Position numbers and translations under genes: made by a program | Virus record (IMG/VR): IMGVR_UViG_3300044641_002725 | Strand: one strand, 5' to 3' | From: a virus | Length of the DNA stretch: 64,000 nucleotides | Notes under the pieces: generated by a model | Database searches by the model: none | The model's input: the letters and a program-made list of their open reading frames with translations, nothing else | What the model was told of the DNA's origin: nothing | In this document: positions 1 to 9,839 of the stretch, piece by piece | Numbering within the stretch: the first letter of the stretch is position 1 | How the letters are laid out: every line of letters starts with the position of its first letter

Positions 1-2
1 TG

Positions 3-104
3 AGAAAAAATTCTAATAAATCAAAAATAAAAGTTATTAGTAGATCGCTTATTACATCGATCACATCAGATTTAAACAGTATTACCATGAAGCCTGTCGT
101 ATAA
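3..104 (+). CDS. gp53: C-terminal fragment of baseplate wedge protein gp53 (runs off window start)
   Basis: Frame 3 reads RKNSNKSKIKVISRSLITSITSDLNSITMKPVV*, resembling gp53 C-termini; the stop overlaps the next ATG (TAATG); baseplate synteny. Confidence 0.55.
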   Translation, partial: RKNSNKSKIKVISRSLITSITSDLNSITMKPVV

Positions 105-1603
105 TGGCCACTAATTTTTCTCCATTCACTATAATTTCTCCTGACATAGGAGAAAAGTCTGATATACAAATCACACAAAACTCAACAGTTGCTCCTGGAA
201 TTGGAAACACAGTTGATGTTAAAAGTGTTTTTATTAAAACTCTATACGGCGAGATTGTAAGTTTAATAGGTGTGTATAGAAGCATTGAAATCATTGAAGA
301 TATGTTTTCGTCTTGCATCAAGGGTGTAATCACCATTGACGATGCGGGCGGTGGGCTTGAGAAATTTGCAATACGTGGTGGCGAAACGATTGGAATTAAA
401 ATTGCAAAGCCAAACAATGGTGATATTATCATTTGGCGCCAAGACTTAGTTGTACATAAGATTGGTGAAAGTTCAGTAGATCAAACTACAATGAACACAA
501 CGTATCAACTACAATTTACATCAAGAACTTTTGTCAATTCAACTAAAAAATGTTTGTTTAAGAGTTATAAGAACATGTCAATTGGAACAGCAGTATCGTC
601 TATGTTTTCTGAGATGGGCGGAACAAACGATTTGATTGTAGAAGATCCAAAAATTACTTTAGAGAAACCATTTATATCTACAGGCTTAATGCCACACAAA
701 GCAATTGAAGCTATGGCGCATCGTGCTTGTGCAAAGGGTGGCTTTTATGTATTCTTTGAAAGATTAAATCCAGTATTTGGAACTAATACAAAAACTAATA
801 AGCCGTTTACTTCATCATATTACTTCGGTAGTTTAGAGAACTTAATTAAATACGCAAAAACTTATGGTGTTCACAATATTACTTTTTCACAAAAAACTGT
901 TGCAAATCAAGAAACTAGTTCTATAAGAACAATCAAATTTCAAAGAAGAACAACATTCAATCATATAAATGCAATGTTGTTAGGGCTATACAATACCACA
1001 GTAACATCGATAGATCCAATATCAAGAACACACTCAATGAGAAAATTGTCATACGCAAATGCAAAAAATGAATCTGAATTTAAAGATTTTTATTCATTTA
1101 AGACACTTGACAACTCAAATATTTTTTCAAGATATGACGATGTTGCTGGAGAGATTCCAGGTAGAAAAATTATTGCATCGTCACTAAATGATTCTGTTAA
1201 CAGAGATGATTGGCTATTGAATAACATATATGGGCATTTAAGCAAAAATTTATTCAGAATTGCTTTAGAGATTGAGGGTGGTAAAAATACTATTGGCGTT
1301 GGTCACATTGTAAATTTTACTGTGCCAAGTGCATTTGAGAAATTAGCAGATCCAACAAATGCAAATATACCTAACGATAAAATTTACTCGGGCAGTTATT
1401 TCGTTACTTCTGTTCAGCACAAAATAGGGCTAACATCATATACCAAAGAGTTGGAACTTGCTAGATCAACATTACCATATGATCTTAATACTGGAGTGAC
1501 ACTTTCAACTTCAGAAGCACCAGCATCAAATAAACGATATCAAGATAATACAAATTCAACGACACTAGTAAACAAATATTGGAGAAAAGGTTTGATACCA
1601 TGA
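104..1603 (+). CDS. Baseplate hub protein (gp27-like)
   Basis: IEIIEDMFSSCIKGVITIDD...GGETI and C-terminal SGSYFVTSVQH motifs typical of T4-like hub proteins; lies between gp53 and gp5. Confidence 0.65.
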   Translation: MATNFSPFTIISPDIGEKSDIQITQNSTVAPGIGNTVDVKSVFIKTLYGEIVSLIGVYRSIEIIEDMFSSCIKGVITIDDAGGGLEKFAIRGGETIGIKIAKPNNGDIIIWRQDLVVHKIGESSVDQTTMNTTYQLQFTSRTFVNSTKKCLFKSYKNMSIGTAVSSMFSEMGGTNDLIVEDPKITLEKPFISTGLMPHKAIEAMAHRACAKGGFYVFFERLNPVFGTNTKTNKPFTSSYYFGSLENLIKYAKTYGVHNITFSQKTVANQETSSIRTIKFQRRTTFNHINAMLLGLYNTTVTSIDPISRTHSMRKLSYANAKNESEFKDFYSFKTLDNSNIFSRYDDVAGEIPGRKIIASSLNDSVNRDDWLLNNIYGHLSKNLFRIALEIEGGKNTIGVGHIVNFTVPSAFEKLADPTNANIPNDKIYSGSYFVTSVQHKIGLTSYTKELELARSTLPYDLNTGVTLSTSEAPASNKRYQDNTNSTTLVNKYWRKGLIP

Positions 1604-2550
1604 AACTCAAATTTTCAGAGTATGTAGATTTAAAAGACTACAAAGCATATCAACTTGTAGAGAAACAAATTCTTTACAACAACGGCGCAAAGTACGGGCA
1701 GATTGTGTTCCTTGCTGGTGGTGCGGCGTCTGGTAAAAGTTTTGCTGTTCAACATTTTATGCAAGGATCAGAATTTAAAGTGCGTGACGTTGATAAATTG
1801 AAAATTGCATTTCAAAAATTAGATGAACTTGGTAAATTTACGACTCAAGATTTGCTAGACAAGTATGGCGATAAAATTTCAGAAAAAGACAAAGAACTTA
1901 TCCAAAAAGAATTGACTGACAAGAATCTGAAGATGGGTGACTTGAATCTTAAGACTCCAACGCATGTATACATTCTACACGTACTTGTTCGTGCTACTGG
2001 TTCAAAAGACAAAACACTAGAATTGATGCTTGCTGGTGCTGAAAAAGGTCAATTACCAAACATCATATTCGACAGTACGTTCAAAGAAGTTTCTGACATG
2101 ACAGATGTTTTGCCAAAATTATTTGCCGCTGGATATGAACCAAAGAACATTCACGTATCTTGGGTTCTGCAAAATTATCAAATTGCAATAGAAAATAACA
2201 AAACTCGCCCTAGAGTTGTGCCAGAAGATATTTTGCTTTCGACTCATGTGGGTGCCGCCCGAACCGTATATGATTTGGTAACAAAATCTATGCCACCCTC
2301 AGTACAAGGGGGCATTTACGTCATTCTAAATAATAAAGAGAATACAATTTATGTACTTGATCCAAAAACAAATGAACCATACCGAGACAAGAGAGATAAT
2401 CCTGTTATTAAAGACTTTAAATACTTGACGCTTAAAGAACCAGGAAAGCCCATAAAGACAGAACTTGATGTAAAAAAACAATTACTCACTTGGATTAAAG
2501 ACAATGTTCCTCCAGGTTCAGTAGACACATCAGAATTAGACAGACTATGA
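1600..2550 (+). CDS. P-loop kinase/NTPase (zeta-toxin/AAA_33-like) with capsid-targeting-like leader
   Basis: Walker A GGAASGKS, Walker-B-like IIFDST, RPRVVP motif; ATG at 1600 preferred (ATGA overlap with upstream stop). Confidence 0.6.
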   Translation: MKLKFSEYVDLKDYKAYQLVEKQILYNNGAKYGQIVFLAGGAASGKSFAVQHFMQGSEFKVRDVDKLKIAFQKLDELGKFTTQDLLDKYGDKISEKDKELIQKELTDKNLKMGDLNLKTPTHVYILHVLVRATGSKDKTLELMLAGAEKGQLPNIIFDSTFKEVSDMTDVLPKLFAAGYEPKNIHVSWVLQNYQIAIENNKTRPRVVPEDILLSTHVGAARTVYDLVTKSMPPSVQGGIYVILNNKENTIYVLDPKTNEPYRDKRDNPVIKDFKYLTLKEPGKPIKTELDVKKQLLTWIKDNVPPGSVDTSELDRL

Positions 2551-2780
2551 AAAAATTTAAACATTTTATACAAGGCACTACTGTTTCACAAGAAGAGTGG
2601 GAAGAAGACGTTTACGGTCCAGAATTAATTGAGACACTCAAACAAGTAGATGGCAGATGGGCGTTAGTCTCTAAGAAAACTAATAGACCTTTGCGCTATT
2701 ACAAAGGTGAAGGTAAACCATCAGAAGAATGGATTGCTCAACAAGAAAAAGAAATTCAGTACTTTAAGAACATGAGATAA
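2547..2780 (+). CDS. Small putative internal head protein
   Basis: 77 aa; starts MKKFKHFI, carries an LIE candidate gp21 site and a basic C-terminal half. Confidence 0.5.
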   Translation: MKKFKHFIQGTTVSQEEWEEDVYGPELIETLKQVDGRWALVSKKTNRPLRYYKGEGKPSEEWIAQQEKEIQYFKNMR

Positions 2781-2783
2781 TTG

Positions 2784-3410
2784 ATGAAAAATTTTATTGG
2801 TCAAGATGGATTCGTTTGGTGGATTGGAGTCGTTGAAGATGTCAACGATCCTCTGAAACTTGGTAGATGCAAAGTAAGATGCTTTGGTTATCATCCTGCA
2901 AAATCAACTAATCAAGTTCCAACTGAAGATTTGCCTTTTGCTTTAACTATTCATCCGTTAAATACTCCAAACTTATACGGAACACCTAGAATTGGTGAAT
3001 GGGTTTTTGGTTTCTTCTTGGATTCTATGTCTGCACAAGAGCCAGCAATTTTAGGATATCTTCCTGCAATTCCACAAGCCGCGGCAGAGTATTTTGGCAC
3101 AAAACCTAGTTTAACTAGAAACTTTGCTAACGTTGCTAATACAAGAGATGTTTTATGGGATGTAAACAATGCATCGATTCGAATTGCAAATAACAGTAAT
3201 ATAACAATTCAGTCTTCTAACAATACTGTTATAACTTCAACTAAAAATTTAACGTTGACTGGAAATAGTAGCTTAACTTTCTCTGACAGTAAAAATACCA
3301 CTACGCTTGATGCACTACTTTTAAGAGTAAAAGCAATTGAGAACAGATTGAATGCACCAACAAAAACATTAGTACCTAATACATCAATCACAGTTATAAC
3401 AAATATCTAA
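2784..3410 (+). CDS. gp5: Short gp5 baseplate hub/spike (OB fold plus short beta-helix, no lysozyme)
   Basis: FVWWIGVVEDVNDPLKLGRCKVRCFGYH and GEWVFGFFLD...QEPAILG are gp5 N-terminal motifs. Confidence 0.85.
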   Translation: MKNFIGQDGFVWWIGVVEDVNDPLKLGRCKVRCFGYHPAKSTNQVPTEDLPFALTIHPLNTPNLYGTPRIGEWVFGFFLDSMSAQEPAILGYLPAIPQAAAEYFGTKPSLTRNFANVANTRDVLWDVNNASIRIANNSNITIQSSNNTVITSTKNLTLTGNSSLTFSDSKNTTTLDALLLRVKAIENRLNAPTKTLVPNTSITVITNI

Positions 3411-3428
3411 AATCACAGTCTACACAGT

Positions 3429-3457
3429 AATATAACATACTGTCAAGCAAATGTCAA
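3429..3457 (-). promoter_or_regulatory. Antisense sigma70-type promoter
   Basis: Minus strand TTGACA(3457-3452)-N17-TATATT(3434-3429), with a second TTGACA inside the spacer. Confidence 0.55.
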
Positions 3458-3477
3458 TACTTTATAAGGAAATAATA

Positions 3478-3654
3478 ATGACGAATCACGAAAACTTAGT
3501 AAATTTATTTGAATCATATCTTGCAGAAAGCGCAAAGTTTGACGAAAAAGGAAATAAAGCCGCAGGAACGAGAGCAAGAAAAGCATTAGCAGAGTTCACC
3601 AAAGCCGCAAAAGAGCGAAGAAAAGAGATCCAAGACGCTAAAACGGTAGAATAA
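3478..3654 (+). CDS. Histone H1-like Hc1-family small basic protein
   Basis: KGNKAAGTRARKAL motif; AAGGA Shine-Dalgarno upstream of ATG 3478. Confidence 0.7.
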   Translation: MTNHENLVNLFESYLAESAKFDEKGNKAAGTRARKALAEFTKAAKERRKEIQDAKTVE

Positions 3655-3676
3655 CATACATAAATAAAAGAAAAAA

Positions 3677-4060
3677 ATGGCCGATATTATTTTTTACAAA
3701 GATTTACCATTAGATTTCACACCTCATCCTGTGACTGGTGACGTTCGTCCCATCACAAATGAAGTCGCAATTAGAAGGTCTTTGACAAATTTAATTAATA
3801 CGACAAAAGGATCACGTCCATTTTTTCCTGAGTATGGTAGTAGTGTTAAAAAGTATTTGTTTTCTGTAAATAGTGAATTTACACTTTACGAACTTAAAGA
3901 CAGTCTTAAGCGAGACATTGAAAAACATGAAAGACGCATAACACTAACAAATATACTAGTAGATTATTCAGATGATGGGTTTGATATCAAATTAGAATAT
4001 GTGATTAGAAATGCTTCTGGCATTTCAAGTTTACAAACAACAGTCAAAAGGACAGCATAA
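3677..4060 (+). CDS. gp25: Baseplate wedge subunit gp25
   Basis: YKDLPLDFTPHPVTGD, AIRRSLTNLINTTKGSRPFFPEYG, IEKHERRI; CATAAATA late box at 3659-3666. Confidence 0.9.
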   Translation: MADIIFYKDLPLDFTPHPVTGDVRPITNEVAIRRSLTNLINTTKGSRPFFPEYGSSVKKYLFSVNSEFTLYELKDSLKRDIEKHERRITLTNILVDYSDDGFDIKLEYVIRNASGISSLQTTVKRTA

Positions 4061-5877
4061 TGGCATCGGACAATAATTTGAAAATAGATGCATTAGATTT
4101 TCAAGGAATCAAAACCAACTTTAAATCTTATTTGCAATCACAGGATCAATTCAGAGATTATAACTTTGAAGGTTCTGGTCTTAACGTTTTACTTGACCTA
4201 TTAGCTTATAACACATACTACAATTCATTCTACCTCAACATGGTAGCCGCTGAAGCATTCTTGCCAACTGCACAAAAAAGAAATTCTGTTGTTAACTTAG
4301 CAAAGTCTTTAAACTATACACCACGTTCAGTTACCTCTGCATCTATTAGCGGAACTGCAACATTGACACTTACTAGTTCTCCAGTAAGTATAACTATTCC
4401 TGCATACACTTCTTTTACGGGAACTGTTGATGGTGTTACATACAACTTCTTAAATACCAGTTCAGTTATCGTATCACCAACAAGTGGTGTTTATAGTTCT
4501 GCTATGTCTCTCAGAGAGGGACAATATATCAACAGAAGATATACTGTAAATTTAAATGATCCAGATCAAAGATTTTTAATTCCAAACGTAAACGTTGATA
4601 CATCAACATTGACTGTTAGCGTTTTAAATTCTTCAGTTGATAGCACGACACGAACATTTTCAAAAGTCACTAATTTAGTTGAAGTCACATCTACAACTAG
4701 AGTATATTACATTGAAGAAGTTGAAGATGGCGAATTTGAAATTAAATTTGGCGATGGTGTTTTTGGTGTAGCGTTAGATGCGGGCAACATTGTTGTGCTT
4801 GAATATCTTGTGTCTAATGGTGCTTCAGCAAATGACATTGAGTCGTTGACATATGCAGATGCAATTGCAGGCGTGACAACAATTGACTTTGTTGCATCAG
4901 ATCCAGCCGCTGGTGGTGCAGACAGAGAAACAGTCAGTAAAATTAAATTTAACGCACCAAAAGCATATGAAGCACAGAATCGTGTGGTAACAGCCGAGGA
5001 CTATAAAACTCTAATGTTACAACAAGCGACAGTAGATTCTTGCGTTGTGTGGGGTGGTGAAGACAATGATCCGCCAACATTTGGAAAAGTATTCATTGCA
5101 ATCAAGCCAGCAACTGGCGATGTTCTGACTGCAACAGAAAAACTCAATTTAATTAATTCGGTAATTAAACCTAAAAAAGTTTTAACTATATCTACAGAAA
5201 TTGTTGATCCCGAATACATTTATATTATTGTTGATACGACTGTGAAGTATCAGTCCGATGCAACAATATCAACTTCGGGTGAAATCGAACAACTTGTAAT
5301 TGACACAATTAAAGCATACAATACAGATGAGATCAATCAATTCTCAAAATATTTTAGATATTCTAAATTATCTAGACTGATTGACGTTTCTGAAAGATCA
5401 ATCTTAAGTAGTGTCACTACAGCACAAATGAGAAAAGAACTTGACGTTCAATTGGGTGTTGGCACACGATATGAGATTAATTTCTCGAACGCAATTGATG
5501 GAGCAACAATTGGTAGACCAACAACTCATCCATTTGGCGTTGGTAATAAAATCACATCTAATGCATTTACTTTTGGTGGATTTGCAAATTGTTTCTTAGA
5601 AGACAACAATGGTATAATTCGTATATACAGAGTCTTGGGCATTGAAAACATTGCAGTTTCTATCAATGCTGGAACAATTGACTATACTACGGGTAAAATT
5701 ATATTAACAAGTTTTGCGCCAACCGCATTTAATGATGGCGGCACAGCATTAAAAATAACTGCAACACCGAAAGACAAAGACATTCTTCCATTGAGAGGTC
5801 AAATTATTGCAATTAGAGATGCGGATATTACAGTCACAATGGTTGATGACAAATCAATTAGTTTAGTAAGCAGATAA
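4060..5877 (+). CDS. gp6: Baseplate wedge subunit gp6
   Basis: LDFQGIKTNFKSYL, DYNFEGSGLNVLLDLLAYNT, FGDGVFG, QNRVVTAEDY, WGGEDNDPP. Confidence 0.95.
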   Translation: MASDNNLKIDALDFQGIKTNFKSYLQSQDQFRDYNFEGSGLNVLLDLLAYNTYYNSFYLNMVAAEAFLPTAQKRNSVVNLAKSLNYTPRSVTSASISGTATLTLTSSPVSITIPAYTSFTGTVDGVTYNFLNTSSVIVSPTSGVYSSAMSLREGQYINRRYTVNLNDPDQRFLIPNVNVDTSTLTVSVLNSSVDSTTRTFSKVTNLVEVTSTTRVYYIEEVEDGEFEIKFGDGVFGVALDAGNIVVLEYLVSNGASANDIESLTYADAIAGVTTIDFVASDPAAGGADRETVSKIKFNAPKAYEAQNRVVTAEDYKTLMLQQATVDSCVVWGGEDNDPPTFGKVFIAIKPATGDVLTATEKLNLINSVIKPKKVLTISTEIVDPEYIYIIVDTTVKYQSDATISTSGEIEQLVIDTIKAYNTDEINQFSKYFRYSKLSRLIDVSERSILSSVTTAQMRKELDVQLGVGTRYEINFSNAIDGATIGRPTTHPFGVGNKITSNAFTFGGFANCFLEDNNGIIRIYRVLGIENIAVSINAGTIDYTTGKIILTSFAPTAFNDGGTALKITATPKDKDILPLRGQIIAIRDADITVTMVDDKSISLVSR

Positions 5878-5878
5878 A

Positions 5879-8473
5879 ATGAATGATGTATTTTTCAAGC
5901 CGTCATTAAATGTAGAATCTTTTATTGGCGAAAATTCTTCCGTTAATACGGAAAGATTCTTGCTGTTCGTAAAAGCATACTACGAATGGATGCAATCTAC
6001 AACTATAACACTAACAAATAAGACTGGAACATTTGTAGTTGGTGAAACTGTTGTTGGTGCGTCTTCTGGTGCATTAGCTACAATCAAAGAAGTCAAAGCA
6101 AATTCTATTGTAGTTGCACCAACTTCAAGAACGGTATTTGTATATACTGAGACTGTCACTGGCCAAACTTCTGGTGCTACTGCAACAATCAGCATAATTA
6201 AAGATAATGTTGGTCGTGCATCAGGAAATATTTTAAATTATAAAAATATTGAAACTTCTGTTGACCAATACGTTGAATATCTTAGGGAAGAATTATATCC
6301 TAGCATACCTGCATCATACTATGGTGATAAGAAATTAGTTGCACAATACTTTAAAGATTTCTATGAATCTAAAAGTAATGAGCAATCTTACAGATTCTTG
6401 TTCAAACTTTTATACGATGAAGACATTGATTTTTATTATCCGGGAACTGACATTCTCCGAATATCGGATGGTAAATTTGAAAAAACACAAATTATCAGAA
6501 CTTCACCTGTAGGAACTGGATCTCTTTCAGACATATTTTTATTCTTAAATAAAACTATTCGTGGTCAGACTTCTGGATTTCTTGCAAACGTAGTTGACAT
6601 TAAAAAATTCTTTATTGGCACAGTAGAAGTTGCTGAAATGACACTTAAACTTGTAAGTGGAACATTTTCGGCAGGCGAAACTATTGTTGACATTGATAAC
6701 AACAATTTAACTTCAACTGTTCTTGGCATTGTATCTGGTATCACAGTTATTGATGGTGGTTCTGGATATCAAGTAGACGATAGCATTACGATATCTGGCA
6801 ATGGACTAGAGGCACAAGCTAAAGTTTCATCAATTAAAGAATCACCAATTAGTGCATTAACAGTAAACGCAATCGGGCATGGTTATCAATTAAATACTGA
6901 AGCGATAGTCAGCAACTCAGGCACTGGTGGTACTGGTTTTCTTTTTGAAGTTTCTGAACTTGCAAACACATACACAGTAACTTCTGGTGCAAACACATAT
7001 ACTGTCGGTGAAATTTCTAAATTATCTATTATCAATAGGGGTGAAGGATATTTTAAGAAGCCTTCTATTACACTACAAGACACAACCATCGCATCTTTGG
7101 GATTGTTGTCTGATAAGTTAATTACAATTTCAAATGCTGGTACCAATTATGGTGTTGGCAATACACTTATAATTACCAGCCTTCATGCAGGCAATAGTGG
7201 TGCAGGTATCATTGCATCGGTTGTAGAAACCACAACATTCGATCTTTTGTTTGAAGATGGATTTCAAATGAAGGCTGATGGTAGTTACTACGACATTATT
7301 AAAAATGAAGACTGGTTAGTAAAAGGTCCAATCAAACGTATTGAATTAACAGATTTTGGCGATGGCTACACACCGGGTTTGCTTCCACTTATCTCGGTTT
7401 CATCTACAACTGGTGCTGGCGCAAACTTAATTGCAACAGGCATTCAAGGCACAAGTGCAAATGTTAGTGTAGACACATCAAACAATATTACTGGTATCGG
7501 ATCTATTCGTTCTGTTGAAATTACCAATTTTGGTATCAACTACAGTACAGCCAATGCATCTGCATCTGCTATTGGTGATGGCAATGCAAATCTTGCGGTA
7601 ACTATTTCAGGATTAGGAATCAAAGAAGGCGTTTTATTGAATGACGATGGTAAAATTGATTACAAGATTATTCAAGACTCTTTCTATTATCAAGATTTTT
7701 CATATGTTATCCGAAGCGGATTAGTTTTTTCTGTGTACAGAGATACACTCAAAAGCATTATTCATCCTGCGGGCTTACAAACGTTTGGTGAGATTTTAAT
7801 CAAGAGTGTACTTGATGTTACACCAATTATCAGTAGCACAATTAGCACTTTGGTTAACGTGAATGAATACATTTTGTATATTCTTTCTGCATTCGATGTT
7901 GCTCCTAGTTTTGCACAAGCTAGATATTCTAGAATTATTAATAGTACAGCAGACGTAAGTTCTCCTTTGTTGTCAAATAGAGAAGTTCAGGTTCGTATTG
8001 CACCAAGCATATTAGATAACACATCAACATTCGATAGAACCTTACAAATTCGTACAGAAAATGAATTCGATCTTTCACAGAGCATAAGTAAACAATATAC
8101 ACTATCGATTCCTTCAGTTGAGTTTGCCGCATATGGAACATTTTATGGAGACTTGATTATTGGTGATTATGCAAATACGCCAATTTCAACATTCTCTGCA
8201 TTTTCATTCGATTCATTCTTCACATCCGATCCTAATGTAACTAGTACATACGCTAAAACTATTAAAATTACAGGAACAGTCACATTCTCAGGCAATACTG
8301 TCATTGGTACTGGAACAAATTTTGCCAATAACTTCTCGGTTGATGATTCTTTCATTGTAAATGATGAAAAATTCATTGTTAAAAGCGTGGCAAATTCAAC
8401 ATATCTGCAGGTAAACGTAAATCCTGTGGGGTCTTACACAAATGTTTTAGCATATAAGCAAGAAGTGGCTTAA
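5879..8473 (+). CDS. gp7: Baseplate wedge initiator gp7-like
   Basis: FVKAYYEWM, KDFYESKSNEQSYRFLFKLLY, IQDSFYYQDFSYVI, HPAGLQTFGE; between gp6 and gp8. Confidence 0.8.
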   Translation: MNDVFFKPSLNVESFIGENSSVNTERFLLFVKAYYEWMQSTTITLTNKTGTFVVGETVVGASSGALATIKEVKANSIVVAPTSRTVFVYTETVTGQTSGATATISIIKDNVGRASGNILNYKNIETSVDQYVEYLREELYPSIPASYYGDKKLVAQYFKDFYESKSNEQSYRFLFKLLYDEDIDFYYPGTDILRISDGKFEKTQIIRTSPVGTGSLSDIFLFLNKTIRGQTSGFLANVVDIKKFFIGTVEVAEMTLKLVSGTFSAGETIVDIDNNNLTSTVLGIVSGITVIDGGSGYQVDDSITISGNGLEAQAKVSSIKESPISALTVNAIGHGYQLNTEAIVSNSGTGGTGFLFEVSELANTYTVTSGANTYTVGEISKLSIINRGEGYFKKPSITLQDTTIASLGLLSDKLITISNAGTNYGVGNTLIITSLHAGNSGAGIIASVVETTTFDLLFEDGFQMKADGSYYDIIKNEDWLVKGPIKRIELTDFGDGYTPGLLPLISVSSTTGAGANLIATGIQGTSANVSVDTSNNITGIGSIRSVEITNFGINYSTANASASAIGDGNANLAVTISGLGIKEGVLLNDDGKIDYKIIQDSFYYQDFSYVIRSGLVFSVYRDTLKSIIHPAGLQTFGEILIKSVLDVTPIISSTISTLVNVNEYILYILSAFDVAPSFAQARYSRIINSTADVSSPLLSNREVQVRIAPSILDNTSTFDRTLQIRTENEFDLSQSISKQYTLSIPSVEFAAYGTFYGDLIIGDYANTPISTFSAFSFDSFFTSDPNVTSTYAKTIKITGTVTFSGNTVIGTGTNFANNFSVDDSFIVNDEKFIVKSVANSTYLQVNVNPVGSYTNVLAYKQEVA

Positions 8474-8480
8474 AAAGAAT

Positions 8481-8488
8481 TATAAATA
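8481..8488 (+). promoter_or_regulatory. T4-type late promoter (gp55-dependent)
   Basis: TATAAATA in the intergenic gap upstream of gp8. Confidence 0.75.
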
Positions 8489-8536
8489 CTACAGTTAAAA
8501 TAGTATCAACGAACAAATTTCAGTAAAGGGAAAAAC

Positions 8537-9817
8537 ATGGCTTCCATAGTAACTAGCAAATTCAGAGTCCACAATGCACAGCAGTTCGTGGAGTCTTTCT
8601 CAGAAGCGGCAAACACAACAATGTATTTGTTTGTCGGTAAAAATACAGCATTTCCAGACGATAACAATCCTCCAACTCCAGTAAATTCCACAGCAAATAT
8701 TGAATTTACTCCATGGCGTGATATGTTTGGTGCAAAGCGTATTCAATCGACTGACGTAACACACGCAATTGAACGCTATAACTGGACTTCAGGTACAGTT
8801 TATGACGCATATGACGACCAAGACACGAATTTATTAGATGACGATTTCTATGTTCTTACTGAAGACTATAATGTATACAAGTGTTTGTTTAATGCTGGAG
8901 GAACAGCATCAACAACAAAACCAACAGGTGTAAGCACATTACAATTTACAACTGCTGATGGTTATATTTGGAAATACATGTATACAGTTACTACTTCAAA
9001 TGCTTTGAAGTTTTTGACGAATGATTATATTCCAGTTCAGACTTTAACATCGGATGACGGATCCGATCAATGGGATGTTCAGCAAGCCGCAGTAAATGGC
9101 GGCATTCACGTTATTAAAGTGACTGCTGGTGGCTCTGGATACGCTACTGCGCCTGCGGTTACAATTACTGGTGACGGAACTGGTGCCACTGCAAATTCTA
9201 CAATTACTGCTAACGTAGTTACAGCAGTTACAGTTACTAACATTGGTTCAGGATATACAAGAGCAACAGTTTCATTTGCATCAGGTGCGGCAACTGCTAC
9301 AGCAGTCATTTCACCAAAAGGTGGGCATGGTGCAGATCCAGTTGAAGAGTTGGGTGGTAAGTATGTTATGATTAACTCTCGTTTAGATGGTAGTGAATCT
9401 AATACAATTTCCACAGCAAACGAATTCAGACAAGTCGGTTTAGTTAGAGATCCACTTTTATTTGGAACTACAACAAGAGCAACGGCATCTTCATTTAGAC
9501 AAACTTTCCGTTATACTGTAGCAAACACTGGTAACTATACAGTAGATGAAGTTGTTACAAGCGGAAGCAATACTGCATTTGTTGTTGAATGGGATGCAAC
9601 AAATAATTATTTGTATACAACTAAGCCTCTCAACCAAAACTTTGCAAATGGTGCATCAATCACTGGCGCTACTTCAGGAACATCTCGTACAATTACCGCA
9701 ATCAGTACTGCAAGTTTAGACCCATACTCTGGTGATCTATTGTATGTTGAAAATAGAGTTCCAATTGCAAGAGCGTCTGACCAAATTGAAGATGTGAAAC
9801 TAATTATTCAATTCTAA
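8537..9817 (+). CDS. gp8: Baseplate wedge subunit gp8
   Basis: [49 protein letters not shown]...EDVKLIIQF. Confidence 0.92.
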   Translation: MASIVTSKFRVHNAQQFVESFSEAANTTMYLFVGKNTAFPDDNNPPTPVNSTANIEFTPWRDMFGAKRIQSTDVTHAIERYNWTSGTVYDAYDDQDTNLLDDDFYVLTEDYNVYKCLFNAGGTASTTKPTGVSTLQFTTADGYIWKYMYTVTTSNALKFLTNDYIPVQTLTSDDGSDQWDVQQAAVNGGIHVIKVTAGGSGYATAPAVTITGDGTGATANSTITANVVTAVTVTNIGSGYTRATVSFASGAATATAVISPKGGHGADPVEELGGKYVMINSRLDGSESNTISTANEFRQVGLVRDPLLFGTTTRATASSFRQTFRYTVANTGNYTVDEVVTSGSNTAFVVEWDATNNYLYTTKPLNQNFANGASITGATSGTSRTITAISTASLDPYSGDLLYVENRVPIARASDQIEDVKLIIQF

Positions 9818-9839
9818 GATAAAATAGGTTTAAAATTAA

